Of a stretch of 64,000 nt of DNA, positions 62,401 to 64,000 are shown in pieces. Origin of the DNA: Eledone cirrhosa (Eukaryota); contig OZ024748.1 in the NCBI GenBank assembly GCA_964016885.1, positions 30,876,001-30,940,000 of the forward strand, written 5' to 3'. How positions within the stretch are numbered: position 1 is the stretch's first letter; the number at the start of each line of letters is the position of its first letter. Position numbers and translations under genes: made by a program. The notes below the pieces were generated by a model that did no database searches, had not been told where the DNA came from, and saw only the letters and a program-made list of their open reading frames with translations.

Positions 62401-64000
62401 CCAACCTCAAGCCTTAGACGTAGTCTTAAAGCCCAACCCAAAGCCTTAAATTTAGACTTAAACTCAAACCCCAAGCCTTAGACATAGACATAAACCCCAA
62501 CCCCAAGCTTTAGACTTAGACGTAAACCCCAACTTCAAGCCTTAGAATTAAATCCTAACCACAAAACTTAGACTTATACCCCAAGCCCAAGCCTTAGACT
62601 TAGACTTAAACCCTAATCCCTTGCCTTAGACGCAGGCATAAACCCCAACCACAAGCATTAGACATAACCTTAAACCCCAACACTCATCCTTAGATTTAAA
62701 TACTAACCCTTAGATTTAAACCCCAACCACAAGACTTAGACTTAGAATTAAACCCGAACCCCAAGCCTCAGACTTAGACTTAAACCCCAACCCCAAGCCT
62801 TAGAATTAGACTTAAACCCCAACCCCAAGCCTTAGAATTAGACTTAAACGCCAAACCAAAGACGTAGATTTAGACTTAAAACCCAACCACAATCCTTAGA
62901 TTTAGACTTAAACCCGAACCAAAGCCTTAGACTTAGACTTAATCTCCAACCTTAGACATAGACTTAATCCCCAACATTAAGCTTTAGACTTAGACTTAAA
63001 CCCCAAGCATTAGACATAGATTTAAACCCCAACCACAAGCCTTAGACTTAGTCTTAAACCCCAAGCCCAAACTTAGAGTTGGACTTGAAGCCAAAGCGCA
63101 AGCGTTAGACTTAGACCTGAACCCCAACCTCAAGCATAAGACTTAGACTTAAACCCCAACCCCAAGACTTAGACTTAGACTTAAACCCCAACATTAAGAT
63201 TTAGACTTAGACTTAAACCCCAAGCCTTAGACATAGATTTAAACCCCAAATACAAGCCTTAGACTTAGACTTAAACCCCAACCCCAATTCTTTGTCTTAG
63301 ACTTAAATCCCACCAACTAGCATTACACTTAGACATAAGCCCCAACTCCAAGCGTTAGAATTAAACCATAACCACAAACCGTATACTTAAACCCAACACC
63401 AAGCCTTAGACATAGATTTAAACCCCAACCCTAAGCCTTAGATTTAGACTTAAATCCCAACCCCAAAACATAGACTTAGACTTAAAACTCAACCACTAGC
63501 ATTAGACTTAGAGTTACAGCCAACATAAAGCCTTAGACTTAAACCGTAACCCCAAGCCTTAGACTTAAACCCCAACACCAAACCTTAGATTTAGACTTAA
63601 ACGCCAAACCAAAGACGTAGATTTTGACTTAAACCCTAACCACAAGACTTAGACTTAAATCCTAACACCAACCCTTAGACTTAGACGTAGAATTAAACCC
63701 CAACCTCAAGCCTTAGACGTAAACTTAAACCGGAACCCAAACCTTAGACTTAGACTTAAACTCCAACCCCAAATCTTAGACATAGACGTAAACCCCAACT
63801 CCAAGCCTTAGAATTAAACCCTGACAACAACCCTTAGACTTAAACCCGAACCCCAACCTTAGCCTTAGACTTAGACTTATACCCCAAGCCCAAGCCTTAG
63901 ATTTAGACATAAACCCCTACCACAAGCATTAGACTTAGCCTTAAACCCCAACACCCATCCTTAGATTTAAATCCGAACCCTTAGATTTAAACCCCAACCA
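55364..64000. repeat. 4341-bp higher-order repeat, ~2 near-identical copies (second cut by the window end)
   Basis: aaaccataatcccaagcg at 55371 and 59712; gttagctttattttt at 56066 and 60407; 59620 matches 63961. Confidence 0.92.

Larger units (their letters stand above)
10611..64000 (-). repeat. Large telomere-like satellite array, consensus 32-bp monomer AGCCTTAGACTTAGACTTAAACCCCAACCCCA (26-bp and other hexamer-indel variants), G-rich strand on -
   Basis: More than 53 kb continuous; I saw no unique-sequence interruption; runs off the window end. Confidence 0.97.

Overview
Non-coding, repeat-only eukaryotic DNA; a Nin-type tRNA-derived SINE points to a cephalopod (Octopus-like) source, which is an inference. 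No credible protein-coding gene: all supplied ORFs are repeat translations. Layout: (1) 1-365, ~21-bp minisatellite. (2) 405-1341, a structured 467-bp unit present as a 1.15-mer plus a 5' inverted copy, each carrying a type I hammerhead ribozyme core (one intact on the - strand, one with a stem III point change on the + strand). This resembles a non-autonomous retrozyme or Penelope-like pseudo-LTR insertion and is the most interesting element. (3) 1373-1802, two SINE copies. (4) 2020-5740, a G-strand 32-bp telomere-like satellite grading into ~3 kb of degenerate TTAGGG. (5) 5740-10614, an AT-rich pentamer-microsatellite block holding five CpG-rich modules built on 27-bp repeats with the palindrome TGCGCATGCGCA, each array flipping orientation at that palindrome. 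(6) 10611-64000, the same 32-bp satellite in the opposite orientation, with nested higher-order repeats of 1058, 370, 182, 3305 (x4) and 4341 (x2) bp. All coordinates and periods were counted by eye, not by alignment software.
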